DNA from: Scyliorhinus canicula
Lineage: Eukaryota
Assembly (NCBI RefSeq): GCF_902713615.1
Contig: NC_052152.1
Span: forward strand, 37,733,810 to 37,797,809
DNA: 64,000 nt
Direction of reading: 5' to 3'
Position numbers and translations under genes: made by a program
The notes under the pieces: generated by a model
The model's input: only the letters and a program-made list of their open reading frames with translations
The model's database searches: none
Told to the model about the DNA's origin: nothing
Shown: positions 63,986 through 64,000 of the stretch, one piece after another
Numbering within the stretch: the first letter of the stretch is position 1
Layout: each line of letters starts with the position of its first letter

Positions 63986-64000
63986 CTATTCTTAATTTCT

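Overview
Repeat-dense vertebrate genomic DNA, most likely a cartilaginous fish (catshark-like). This is inferred from the V-SINE/Deu-SINE, CR1, Rex1/Babar, L1, Penelope and Gypsy content. Host genes: (1) the 5' end of a minus-strand gene starting at a CpG island at ~19.1-19.8 kb, probably SENP7 (weak N-terminal similarity plus recalled synteny); (2) an intronless 353-aa FAM172/ARB2-family ORF (FAM172B-like, 28296-29357, +) whose nucleophile-elbow Ser is replaced by Gly and which may share that CpG island as a bidirectional promoter; (3) a complete three-exon TXNL4B/DIM2 (149 aa, minus strand, 53999-61903) with its own CpG island and a 20-bp minisatellite upstream. Most of the rest is nested mobile DNA. 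The main hunt results are: a Gypsy element with no tRNA primer-binding site but a 13-nt sequence complementary to its own LTR (self-priming geometry); minimal hammerhead ribozyme motifs in Penelope-type repeats, one in sense orientation inside TXNL4B intron 1; tRNA/V-core SINEs with three swappable LINE-type tails; several long near-perfect hairpins; a local templated duplication; and a phase-compatible chain of candidate exons for an unannotated + strand gene converging on TXNL4B. All identifications are by eye; no database search was run.
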